Part shown: positions 25,401-37,055 of the stretch, in pieces
Layout: each line of letters begins with the position of its first letter
Position numbering within the stretch: the stretch's first letter is position 1
NCBI GenBank assembly: GCA_036172245.1
Contig: JAYWIR010000060.1
Location: 434,001-498,000 of the forward strand
Reading direction: 5' to 3'
DNA: 64,000 nt
Origin: Raillietiella orientalis
Taxonomy: Eukaryota
The notes under the pieces: model-generated
Databases searched by the model: none
Seen by the model: the letters and a program-made list of their open reading frames with translations, nothing else
Told to the model about the DNA's origin: nothing
Program-made: the position numbers and the translations under genes

Positions 25401-28210
25401 GATCCTTTCATTGAAGAAGCGCTGCAGCTTCTCGTTGCAGTAGTTGATGCAGAACTGCTCGAAGCCGTTCCGGGGCAGCCTCTCTGTCCCGCGGTAGGAA
25501 GGGAGGGAGGGGCCACTGGCGCGTGCTCTCATAGGGCTAAAGGGGGAGGGGAGAGCTTACCGAATCCGGCGATGTCCAGGACGCCGATGTAGGTCGACGA
25601 GCTAGAGAACGGGATGCTGGCGTTGATGCGTCCAACGATGTGATCGAACAGCCTCCCGTACACGGCCTTGGCGAGGGCGTCCCGGGCGCCTCGCGCCTCG
25701 CGAACCTTCAGCGGCACGCTGGCTGCAGGTGTCACCCGCGAGTTCTATCTCTCCCGCCGCCCACTCACAGGATAACGGTCCCTTTGGCGCCTCCCTTGCT
25801 AGTCTGCAGCACACGGGTCAGCAGCGACGACCGCAGCTCCCCAGGATCCAGGCCCAGCAGCGACGCACTTGCGCTTAAGGAGGTCTCGGACTCCGCTCTC
25901 ACCGCGCAGCCGTCTGTCCACCGCAAGGGGATGGCGGCGGATGAGCGTGTCAGGGCGCCCCCCCTTCCCCTGCTCACCTCCCCTGTCCTCGTGGTTCTCC
26001 TCGAACGCGACGTTGCCCAGGTGCAGCACCGCGGCCACCAGGGCGTACACCTCCACCCGCTCCTGCTCGGGTATGCCGATGTGACCCAGAGCATGGTCCA
26101 CTTTCCCGAAGTCCCCAGCATCGTCGAGGAGCGAGTCTGGGACGGGACCCCTGCGCATGTGCTCGGGAGACGTCCGCGCGGGCGGTGCGCCCGCTGGCTG
26201 ACCTTGGCGGACGAAGTACCGGGTGCACCCGTGCCGCAGATACTGAAGAAGCAAATGAAGAGGAGGAGGAGGGGCGCAAGCGCTGGGGCCCCGACGCGGG
26301 ATGGCCTCGGGCGTCTCCACCACGCCGGGAGCGACGAGACACCCAACGCCGAGCTCGAAGCAAGGAGGCTGGAAGCGCGAGCCCGGAAGAAGAGGGAGAA
26401 GGGGAGCAGAAACGGCGATCGCAAGAAAAAAAAAAAAAGCTACAGCAGTAGCAAGGAAAGAAAGACCCGTGCCTCAGGCACTGAGGAAGCCAAATGAGGA
26501 GGAGAGGAAAAAAGGAAGAAAAGAAGAAAAGGAAGAAGGGAAGAGGAGGAAAAACAGAAGAGGAAGAGAAGGAATAAGACGAGGAAGAATAGGAAGAGGA
26601 AGGCAGAAAGAAGAGGAAAGGAAGGGAGGGAAGAGGAGGAGGAAGGAGAGAAGAAGGAAAACATGAAGAAAAAGAAGAGGAAGAAGAGGAAAGGAAGGGA
26701 GGAGAAGGAAGGGAGGAATAAAAGAGGACGAACAATGGAGGAGAGAGCCCCATATTTTTGGGTCCAGCGTGCCGCTGGCGTCGCCTGCGGAAACGCCCTC
26801 CATACCCCTCTTTTCCGCTGCCCCCTTGCTGGGTCGGCGGTTCCTGGAGGAGATGTGCGGCCGCGTGATCCCGACCGGGTACAGAATCACTAGTCGGGTC
26901 CCCGGAAGGCAAGGACGGCGAACAACGGGAGGGAGGGAGGAGAAGAAGCGGAGGGGGGTGTTTTCGGGACGGGATACCTCGAACTGGTCGGGACTACTCA
27001 GGCGCAGGGCCTCGGCGAGGGACGGTGGAGTGCCTGCGCACAGCTGGTAGAAGATGTGGTGGCTCCTTTCCTCGCCCAGCGCCCCCACCGCGCGGGACTT
27101 TTCCAGCAGGTAGTGGGACACGTGGCCGCCGACCACGGCGCAGGATGCGTCGAAGTGGACCTCCACGAACTTGCCGAACCTGCTGCTGTTGTTGTTGCGC
27201 GCCGTCTTGGCGTTGCCGAAGGCCTCCAGGATGGGATTGGCTGCGGGGAGGAGGAGGAGGGAGGGTGGGTTGTCGGGCGAGCGAGGGTCACTCCCCCCGG
27301 GCTCGGTCCGACCTACGAGAAGCACCGACCTTCGAGGATGCGCTGCTCCACGGAGCCGGCGGCAGACCCCCAGCACTCGCACAGGTAGCGCAGGATCAGC
27401 TTGGTGGACTCGGTCTTTCCGGCGCCGGACTCCCCGGACACGATGATGGACTGAGAGGCCCTGGTGACCTTCATGTCCCGGAAGGCTTTGTCCGCTGCCA
27501 CGCTGCGTGAAAGGCGGGACCTGTCCTCTTTCCTGGGGAGGGGGAAGGGGGGGCGAGTGCTGACCGATGGCGAAGATGTGAGGCGGCAGGGTGCCCATAG
27601 ACTTTCCCTGGTATTCGCGTATGACCGCCTTCGAGTACAGCCCGGGGATCTGCGCGTAGGGGTTGACGGCTATCAGGATGTTGGCGACGTAGGTCTGCAA
27701 GGGAGAAAGCGGGGGAGAAGTCCTCCTCGGTCCGTATCCCGGGGCAACGCACGTAAATCTTGCTCTTGGAGTATCGGACTCTGATGTTCTGCAGCAGGTT
27801 CGCCTCGTTCAAGAACATCAGGGAACCTGGGGTTGCGGGTGAGTGAGGGGCGAACGGGGGACGTCCACCCCTCCTGGATGCGGGCGGGAAGACTCACAGT
27901 TGTCATCCACGTCGCTTCCTTCCTCCTCCGCCACGTGGACCTCGGCATACGGGAAGGACGCCTCCGGCAGCGTCCGGTCGACCGGCTGGACGGTGATGCG
28001 GTCGCTGCCCAGGTCCACCACCTCGCCGCGCACGAATCCTTCGTCCGCGTGCGGGATCCACACCGTCTGTGCCAGGAACTTCCCGGCCGACGGCTGAGGG
28101 CGTTGCTCAGACTCCGCGGTCGCGACCGAGAAGGAGGAGGGGGTCGATCTCGCACTCTTCGGCGGCAGCGATCGGCCGGAGGGACGATTTCCTATGGTCA
28201 CCGCCGCCAT
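22497..28210 (-). CDS. MYO6: Unconventional myosin VI, 21 exons: 27898-28210, 27753-27826, 27565-27694, 27330-27494, 26978-27240, 25978-26242, 25769-25913, 25561-25718, 25319-25483, 25039-25262, 24774-24983, 24491-24718, 24222-24429, 23993-24117, 23819-23938, 23545-23765, 23389-23494, 23146-23337, 22980-23097, 22737-22934, 22497-22675
   Basis: P-loop GESGAGKT, switch [10 protein letters not shown], switch II DIAGFE. Class-VI insert 1 (GCTRYF...SPEH) and insert 2 (DPEHLRGLV...RSRWRRCQW), IQ motif and E/R/K-rich SAH. Tail [25 protein letters not shown] and [20 protein letters not shown]. The start codon is less certain than the rest. Confidence 0.97.
26495..26745. repeat. Polypurine (GA) low-complexity tract in myosin VI intron 5
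   Basis: ~250 nt of nearly pure G/A, directly 5' of the second element copy. Confidence 0.9.
26730..26879. repeat. Dispersed GC-rich element, copy in myosin VI intron 5
   Basis: Aligns with 22267-22415, including the leading gaacaatg...gagagcccc; sits in the only long (735 nt) myosin intron. Confidence 0.85.
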
Positions 28211-30914
28211 TGTCACCGGAGCACTTCCTTCACTTTCTCGGGGCTGCAGGCGCTGAGCTCCCTTTCTCCCAGAAAGGGTGGAGGCGGAGTCCCCTGCAAC
28301 GCCGGCAGAGTCCACGAGACGGTCCGGACTACTTCCGGGCTCGGCATGGAGCCGCTCCCTGAGCCCTTCCAGGGGCAGCTGCCCCCTTCGACCCAGTCTC
28401 GAGCGCACGCCAGCGTGGGAGTCTAGACCGTCTCCAAGAACACGCGGTGGATGCCCACCGACGCGTTTCTGCCGGAGGAGCGCGTAGCCGTGACGACCTC
28501 GGGCCGCTCTCCGCCACGCGCCCGCGCTCGAGGGACTTCCCGAGAGGTCCCTGCGCCTCCCTTCCTCCCTCCATCCCCCGAGTTGCGGAGGGGAGGGGTG
28601 CGCGTCCGGGAAACAACGGGAAGGGAGGTCCGCGCTCACGCCCCCGCAGTGCGTCGGCCGGCTGCAGGGGCGTGGTGCGGGCGTGGGTGCGGTCGGGAGC
28701 TGTGATCGGGAAACGGCAGGCGTCCTCGGCGGCGTTCCACGGCAATGTTCGCGGCCGTTTTCAAGGCGAACGGAGGTGTTCGGGGGCGACAGAACGAGGG
28801 GGTGAAGGCGCCCATTCGGATCGTGTCCTGACCTGCCCGCTTTGTCCCGAGAAAGGGGCGGTCGCTGCCTCGGATGGCACCCTCTCTCCCGTGTCAGGAG
28901 AGCGTTTTTAAGGAAGTAGCTCTCCTCCCAGTCCCCCTCGACGCAGCGAAGGTCTCCCTGATGCAGCAACCGGATCACCCCGTCTAAGCTCTTCCTTTCC
29001 CCTCCCCCTCGCGCGCAGCCGCGAACGCGCGCCCGATCTGTCGCACCTTCGCCCTCTGGAGGACGGAACAGTTCGATGGCCGCCGTAGTTGCGGAAAGGA
29101 GAGGTGAGGGGAGACAGTATCAGGGGCAGGAAGCCAAAGAGGAGACTTTCCTTCAATCGGGGGCTCTGAGCCACCGACACCAACGAGGGCACGCAGGTGA
29201 GGAAACGAAAGGCAGCGGCGCGCGTGCGCGTCATAGGACGGGCTGCAGATGAGGTCAGCGTCCGACCAGTCGAAGCCCCCCCTTCCCCTCCACGCAGGTT
29301 CTCCCCAGCAGGCGGGGTCCCTCCCTTCTTCCGGAATGAACATCCCGCTGCCGCTGCCGTCTGGTGCCACCCGGAGGGGTCGCGGAGGGACCGCGCCGTC
29401 TTCTGAGGCGTGTCGGAACGCTGCGGGCGGTCCAGGCTAGCGAGGCCGACCCGCCCACGGTTGCAGAGAGGGAGCCACTCCCCCGGTTGCCAAGGGGAAC
29501 GGGGTGTGCGCCGCACGCTCGCGCGCGTTCCTGCGGAAGACGTGTGGTGGGCGAGCCGCCGCCTCTCCACGACCCCGTCGGAAGGGAGAGCGTCCTTCCC
29601 GTTCTGATCCTTCCTAGACCCATCCCGGCGTGCTGATATCCGGGACGCTCACTCGGGAGTGAAGGTGGCGGCGGAGGGGGCCTTTATCAGATCCGGAAGG
29701 CCCCTTCCCTCTGGGGCGGAAGTGGAAGTGACCGTCGCCGCTGCTTCGGGAGGCGACGACCTCGCTCGCCTCGCCTTCCCTTGCCAAGGTCTTTGGGGCG
29801 TGCCTCCGCGCGGGCTGCCGGCACCCCGGCGCCACCTCGTAGGTTCGTCGACGGTAGAAAAGGGGAGAGGCTTCGCCCTTCCCTTGTCCCTTTCTCCGCT
29901 GTCCAGGCTCCCAAGTGAAAAGAAATGCCCCTTTCCTCTAGGGAGAAGGAGGGAATGAGTGCCACGCCCCCCTCCTCCCCAAGGGGCGGGAAGCGTTTGG
30001 TAGGGAACTCCAGCACGCTGAAGAGCCCTCACACCTCCCGAAAGGGGGGCGGCGGGAGGTTCGAGGTCGGAGCGAGTTGCGAGCGAAGCTTTTGACTCGG
30101 AGATCACCACGGGAACGGATCGGATATGCCCCACCCGGTGCGCATGCGCTGCTGGCCAGCGGGGAAGCGCCGTCTGCTTTCTGCATGGGTGATCCCAAAG
30201 GCAGGACCTGCCTCCCTCCCTTCCCTCCCACCCCACCGACAGAAGGTCGCAGCTGCAACGCTATATCGCGGACGCTGGCGGAATCGTTCGCCTCGGCGGC
30301 AAACTAAACAAACGGGGGGCAGTTCTTCAGGACCTCCGCAATTGCAGACGCGGTAGTGCGGGATCGGCGCGGGCGTGGACCGCAACAGAGGAACGAAAAA
30401 AAGGAAGAGACGTACCGCGCGCCGAAGATGCGTCCTCCGGAGCCAATCGGATGCAGGAGAAAATTCCCGGGCAGCAGCTAAGGCGCTCACAAGGATACCG
30501 GCGGAGGCAGGCGCACGGAGAAGAACCGAGCGCTCGTGGCGGCGGCGGAGGGGAAGGGAGGCGTGTGCACCCCGGAGCAGCGCGAGTCTCCCGGGGCGAT
30601 CACTTCAGGAAACTGCCGATCCGGACCGCCGCGGAGGTGGGGCGAACCTGCGGGAGAGAGCTGGTGGTCAGACCTGGGCCGACTCCCCGCCCCTTCGCCG
30701 GCTCCCAGCGGGTCTTCTGCATCCTCGCACGGACGGGCAACGTGGCAACACTTGGATGTGCGCGCTCCGGAGACCGAGCGTACATCTGGCTGTTGCCAAT
30801 GCGAGTGGGAAGGGAGGAGAGGAAGAGGAACTAGGAGGCGGAAAGACCAGGCGAAGACCTCCGTCGGCCATTCCACCCAACCCCATGCTCTCTCGCTCGC
30901 TCGCCAACGCCCAG

Positions 30915-30950
30915 GCGTGCGCGCACGCGCACACACACGCACACGTACAC
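30915..30950. repeat. 36-nt perfectly alternating purine-pyrimidine tract (Z-DNA-prone)
   Basis: gcgtgcgcgcacgcgcacacacacgcacacgtacac. Confidence 0.75.
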
Positions 30951-33900
30951 CACAAGCACGAACGCACCCGACTGGCGGGGGCTGCGCACGCAACACGCGT
31001 TGCCAGGCGACTCCTCCGCTCGTCGCATCCCAGCCAGCGTTCGCGGAAAACCTGCAGCAGACCCGTGAGATGGCGAATTCAACGTTTCGCTCTGCCCAGC
31101 ACGCCCGAAGACCGGAAACCCCCGCCGCGCGCGTGCGATCCCGGCGGCGTCGCGGTCGGCTGCTGCGCGCGTCCACTGCCCATTTCCTCCCCCCTTCCTC
31201 CTCCGCCTCCCCCTAGAGTCGCACCCGCGCGCGCACGCTCGCTCGCCCTGGTGCGTGCGGCACGTAGGCGGGCGGGAGCTCACTTTGCTCCCCCCCCCCT
31301 CCCTCCCCCGCTCCAGCCGCTGTCCGCCTACCCAACCGCTCGCTCCAGCCACCCGCCCGCCTTTCGCGTTTCAGCGGAACGGCTGCTTCCGTTCCGCGCC
31401 GTCGGCGGCAGAGGCCGGTCGCTAGGCAACGGGCCGTCTCGGCCGTCTCGAGGGGAGGGTAGCGATGCGAAAAGGCGGCGGAGGAAAAGGAAGAGGCTGG
31501 TGCTGCCCCCTCCTTCCCTCCCCCCACACCCACACCCACACTTCCGCATTCTGGATGCGGGGGCGGCGTTCGGGCGGAGCAAGGTTCCGCTCCGGTGCGT
31601 TCGCGCGTGAGCGTCCCCCCCCCCCTATTCGCGGGGGTTAACCCGGATTGCCTCAGGCGTTCCTGGCGCTCGCCTCGCAACGTGACTCTTCTCACTGGTG
31701 ACCTCATCGTCAGCAATGCGGGCGGTCGCGCGCGGAAGCTGGACGCCTTTGGCTGCCACTTCGCCCATTGGCCCCTTGCGACCAACGGAAAGGAAGAGGG
31801 CGACACCTGCCGGCGTGGAGTCCTTCCCCGCGCTGACCTCGATCCGCCGTCGCTCCCTGGGCCGCCCTCCCCTACCTCCCCGCTCGTGACAGGAGCATCA
31901 CTCGGTCCGCGCCGGGCAGAGACCCCCTTCGAAGAAGAGCCGTGCATGCGCATCCCCTGTCCCGTCCGCCCTTTCCCGTGCACCCGCGTCGGATGCCGCC
32001 AAGGAGCGGCTTCCCTTCTCCTCCCCGGGGGGTGTCTCAGGAGGGTTCCTTGCTAGAGGGACGATCGAGCTGCACCCATGGGCGAGCAGCCTGGAGGCCA
32101 GCTGACGACTTCCTGCCTCCGGGGACAGCAGCAGCGATGCGGAGACGGGATCCGACCTGCGACCCCCTAGGAAGACCCGACCGGGGCAGCGTGGGATCGA
32201 ATCTCTCCCTGACCCACCGTCCTCCTGTGGGATCGTCCTCAGGGCTTTTCCTCCCGAGAACCCGCCTTCGGCAGGTCTGGAAGTCCTTTCGCTTCCGGGC
32301 GGAAGTGACCGCCGCTGTCGCCATTATGGGAGGCGCGTCGCGCGCGCGCTTTTCCGGGCGGGAGACGACGACCTTGTGCCGCGATGGCTCGGGGCGACGT
32401 CGCTGCTCGCCTCGCCCACCCTCGCCACGGCCTGTGGGGAGCCCCGCCAACTCCACCTCACCGACCTCGAGGTCCGGCCGCCGCCTCCGCGTGGCGGTCT
32501 CCTCCGGGAGTCACAGCCGCCCCTGGGCAGGACCGGGCCACGGGTGCTTCCTTAGCGATGGATCTCCTCGCGACCCGGCGCTCGCAGAGGGTGCGAAGGA
32601 GCCAGCCAGTATCCAGCACCCCCACCTCCTCCGCACGCACAAGGCCCTCCAGGGGAAGGAGCTTCGCCGGGGCCGAAGCGGCGAGGGGCGCCGGAAAGTT
32701 GGTGCGCGCCCGCGACGCTCGCATGCCGTAAGCGAAGGGAGGCGACATGCGGGCCGCGGAGAGTGCCCTCGGCTCTCTGGTCGGTCTCCAGGGAAGAACA
32801 GAGCGAGCCGAAGTCTAGGGGGCAGCGGAGAAACCAGAGAGACTCCCAGCGCCGCCTGGGGGGCGCCACCGTGTATCCTTCCGGCGCCGCCACCGCAGGC
32901 GGGAGACTCCAAGCGCAGGAATGCTGCTGGGAGCGGCGGCCCATCTCTCTCCCTCCGGCGCCGCAGACAAGGGTTAACGGGGATCGCCCCCTCCTCCCGG
33001 GTGCACGAGCGCGCTCGGGCTGGGTCGAGTGCGCTCGGGAGGGCGGCGGGGCGTCCCTGGCTCGGGAAGGAAGGAAAGGGAGGTCCAGGCTGCTAGTCGC
33101 CGTCATGGAAACGCGAGCGAGGGAGGGGGTGGTGGCGGTGGTCCCTCGGGTCCGTAGGGCAGGGCGGGCGATTTGGAGAGACTTCGAGGTCACCCAGCTG
33201 GAAAGGAGGAAGCTGTTCACTCCCCTGAATTCTGGGCCGGAGGCGGCTGGTCTACGTTTCCCCGAGGGAGACAGGGGTATGCTCCCTGCTGGTGCGGCGC
33301 CTCCGGAGCTGCGTGCCCCACGGGCCGCGCTGCCTGGGCGGAATTGAGTGGTTCCTCCCTCTCGTCGGGAGATGCAACCGTCCCTTCCACAAGGGCGCTT
33401 CCTCGGGACGGGCAGTCCCCGGCGCGCGGGCAGGAAAGAGCGGCACCATGGTGTCGCGCGTCACCTTCCGGCGGTCGCATTCGGAGTTGCCAGCCGGTCA
33501 GAGGAGTGGAGACTCGGGGTCACGTGGTCACTACGGCGGAAACTTCGAGCCCGAATGCTACCGAGCGGGCGCGCCCGCTCGGGAGGAAAAATGGCGGAAA
33601 TGCGGAAGGAGGGACGGGACCAACGATCCTGGAAACAGGGAGGGCAGGCCTGGTGGGAGAACCCCGGGTCTGCGCAGAGCGTGCGGGTGGTCGAGGACCG
33701 GCGTAAGACATGACCGACGGAGGGTCTGCTCCCGCGGGTGCCTCCTCGCTGGCGGGAAGACACCAGCAAGCGGGGAAGGGGCGGAGGGGATGGAACCGGA
33801 AGCGGGGGCTCGGAGGTCAGTCCTGCAGGTCGCATCCAGGAGGGCGGAGCCCGGTCACGAGCCCCCACCTCGAGGACTCTGGAAATGGGGCCGACCCCGT

Positions 33901-36379
33901 TGTGTGACCGGCTGTGGGCGGGGTCGCGAGCTCTTCGCTCTGCGGGCGAGCTGCCCGGCGTCCGCTTCGCTCCTCTCCGGGCCGCGCCTGCAGCGCGGAC
34001 GCAGTGGGCAGCCGGTGGGAGGACATGCAGGCCGTCTCGGGGGGGGGGGGGTGCCTCTCTTCGGCCCGAGGAGACATGCGGGCGTAGGTCAGTGGATGGG
34101 TAGTAGACGCGGGGGATGGGGAAGAGGCGGCAGACCGCAGATGTTCGCTCCCACCTGCCTGAAAGCACGACTGGCCTGGTTGGCTGCCACCACCCTTGCT
34201 GGCCCCTTGCCAAACCTCCCGAGAGCCATGAGGGGCGTCGCTCTGTAGGATGCGCCTTTCCAAGGGGCAGCGCCCTCCTCTGAGGGAGGCGCCCGGGGGC
34301 GCGTCCACAGAGCCCTTCCGAGAGCGGTGAGTGGCGAGCGAGGTGCGCCACCTCCCACGCTTTCCATCCCGGGTACCTCCGAACGGAAGCTTCCTAGTGC
34401 CCCGAGAGATGGCACGGGAAGCCGCCTCGAAAACTCTGGGAAGGTCGGGTTCCAGGTCGGGTTCCCTCCGCTGTGGACGCTGGATCGGTCGCCCCACGCT
34501 TGGAGGCTGAGCTCGTGGACCTCTTCTTCACGACAGACCTCTCTGGAGCGCCCGCCGCATTGTTGGAGGGCTCGAAGGGGACGGCCCGGTCCTTCCGCGC
34601 GTCCCTCACCGGAAACCATCGAGGAACCTGACGGCCTGGTCCGTCGGCCAGGAAGGCCCTCCACTGATGGGTTGGTCCGAGCGAAAGTGGGGTGATCCCT
34701 CTGGGTCGGTGCGGGACAGGAACCACCGTGACTGCCGTTGACTCTTGCCGCCGCCCGCGACAACCGGAAGCTCCGAAGCCACCCGGGAAAGCCGGAAGTC
34801 CCTCCCAGGCTGGCGTTCGGCAGCACGTCACTTCGGGCTCGTCCTCCCTCCCAACCGTTTTCCCTACCGGATGGGGCTTGGATTCGACGGGGGGAGAACT
34901 CCTCTCCAAGACCCCGGCGATTCCCCCTCCGCCGGCCAAAGGGTTCCGCTCTTCGCCGGCGTCCATGCGGAGCGAGGAACCTCTTGGCGCACGAAGTAAG
35001 GAAGCGCCGGGGCATAGATGAGGTGTCCTTCGAGGCTAAGACGGGAAGATGCAGGAACCTCCGGTACTCGACCTGGGAACGCGACCTCTGCCTTCAGGTT
35101 TCCTTGGAATGAGGCGAGGAGCAAGCCCCAAGGGCTCACCGACCCTCCTCTGGGAGCGCGCAGGGTTCCACGACGCCACGCCGCCAGAGGGGCGCGCTCC
35201 TCTGCTCCGGAAGGACGAGTGGATCTGGCGGTATTGAGGCAATTCGAGCCCCGGGGCGAAGCCGACTGACCACGCGGAGAGACGGAAGGGGTGGGGGCTG
35301 AGCCCCTATGAGTTTCTAGCAGGCGCCACTTGGAGCGGGCATCCATCCCACGAACCCAACGGCTCGGTCCTCCTCTTCCCCCTCTCCCGCGTCCTGGTGA
35401 TCCCGAGATTCCCAGGGGCGGTATCTCCTGGGCGCGCAGCCAGCGCGGTGTAGAAAGGGCGGCCGGCGCTTCCGACAGCCCATCCCCAGCGTGCGGTAGG
35501 GGGGAAGTGGAGGGACAGGGGCGGAACTGCTGCCGCCTGCGGAGCCCGCCTGGGGGTCGAGCTGGTCCGATTCACCCGCGGGCGACGATGAGCTGCGGAG
35601 ATAAACCGACCAGACCTCTCCCCGCTTCCGTTTCCGGTGGCCTGGTGACGCAACGGCACGCCACTTGGGCGGGGGGGTCTCCTTCCGGCGAGAGGTCACG
35701 GGCGGTGCGGAAGTTCGCGATGGGACGCGTCATTCCTCCTCGCCCTGAGCCTGCGCAGAGGAGAGGCGGGCCGACCGAGCAGCGGGCGACGCTCGGGGAG
35801 GCCGGAGGAGTCGATCCCCGCCGGCGGCGGGAAGCAGAGAAGGAGAGATACCCCCCGGGGCGTCTGGAGGGTGATCTGGGAGATTCCTGGGAGCAGCGGC
35901 GGGACGCATGGGCCGAGCAGCTTGGCCGAAGAGGCAGAGGGGTCCACTGCTCTCCCGCGTGAGGCGATGCACCTGTCGAGGGAACGCGTCCCGGAGAGAG
36001 CGCGTTCCTTCCGGTTAGGAGAGCCGTTCTGCCGTCGGCTGGGGCAACCGGGGTCGGTGACCAGGCGGGGGGAGCGAAGGTTTCCGTAGCTTGTCGCCTT
36101 GGCAGCGAGCCCCTTCCCGGCGATGCCCGCGGGGTATTCCCTTTTCCCTCGCCTACCAGGGCGATCAGTACGCTTCGCCCATCGAGCGCGGATGGTTGTG
36201 CGGAAGTGCGAGGTAAGCGGGAGGCAACCCCAAACGAAGGGGAGCCGGACGAGGGTCAGACCAGTGCCAGGGCCCTGGAGCAGCTGGCGACCCCGCCCGT
36301 CGTCGGCTACGAGACATGGCATTCACGGGAGCGTCAAGCGGTCTCCATAGAAACCTCGCGCGATCGCGAAAGAACACTC

Positions 36380-37055
36380 ATAGATCTGTTCTGAACACAT
36401 TACTGTTCCAATTTATTTTAACGTGCATTTAGTTATTCATATTTATGAACGTACATATTATTATTCACCGCTATATTACTCGAACGCATGTGTTTATCAA
36501 CATTTACATGTATTTACTAGCACAGGCTTTATTGACAAAATTAATAAGTTGTTGATTATATATTATTGACGTATGTAATGAAAGATTATATATGGATTCA
36601 TATGTATATTTATGTATATTACGTCACGATGTAAATATCGAATTTTTAAAACTAAATAAATAAACTGTGGAGAACACAGCAAAAAAAAAAAAATGCAAAC
36701 AGATCAAATAATCAAAAAAAAAAATTCATGTATTCATTAAATATGCGTAAACATATCAATATAAATACTAATATACACACGCATATTTCTCTCTATATAT
36801 ATGCTTGTATGAGCATTTCTCTCTATATATTTTTACGCATATTTCTCTTCATACATTCATATATGTATATGTGCATACTTATACTTACACCTATATATTT
36901 TCGTGCACATAATTATGTTTATACATATATTCATGTGCATATTTGTATTCATATTTATATATTCACATTATCTATAAATATTGATGTCTATAACAAGAAA
37001 ATGCATGTACTTTTTATGATCGTTAATGTGTGTACCTATTAATTGTGTACATTAA
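36380..37055. repeat. Very AT-rich, degenerate (TA/TATG/CATA) low-complexity tract at the edge of the GC-rich domain
   Basis: About 20-25% GC with many tatat/atac motifs and a local duplication (gcatatttctct / gcatttctct x3). Confidence 0.8.

Larger units (their letters stand above)
20900..36370. other. GC-rich compositional domain (roughly 65-70% GC by eye) containing myosin VI and ~8 kb of upstream sequence
   Basis: Exons, introns and intergenic DNA are all GC-rich (line 23701-23760 is 46/60 GC). Flanks are AT-rich (line 36541-36600 is 12/60 GC), with an abrupt right edge. Confidence 0.9.

Noticed and set aside
26243..26977. Donor GTATCCCG as a possible U12-type intron
   Set aside because: It deviates from GTATCCTT, no TCCTTAAC branch site is seen, and the acceptor is an ordinary pyrimidine-rich one.
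28300..36370. Long ORFs of 200-411 aa in all six frames
   Set aside because: R/G/P/A/S-rich, mutually overlapping, and expected from stop-codon scarcity at high GC; no domain motifs.
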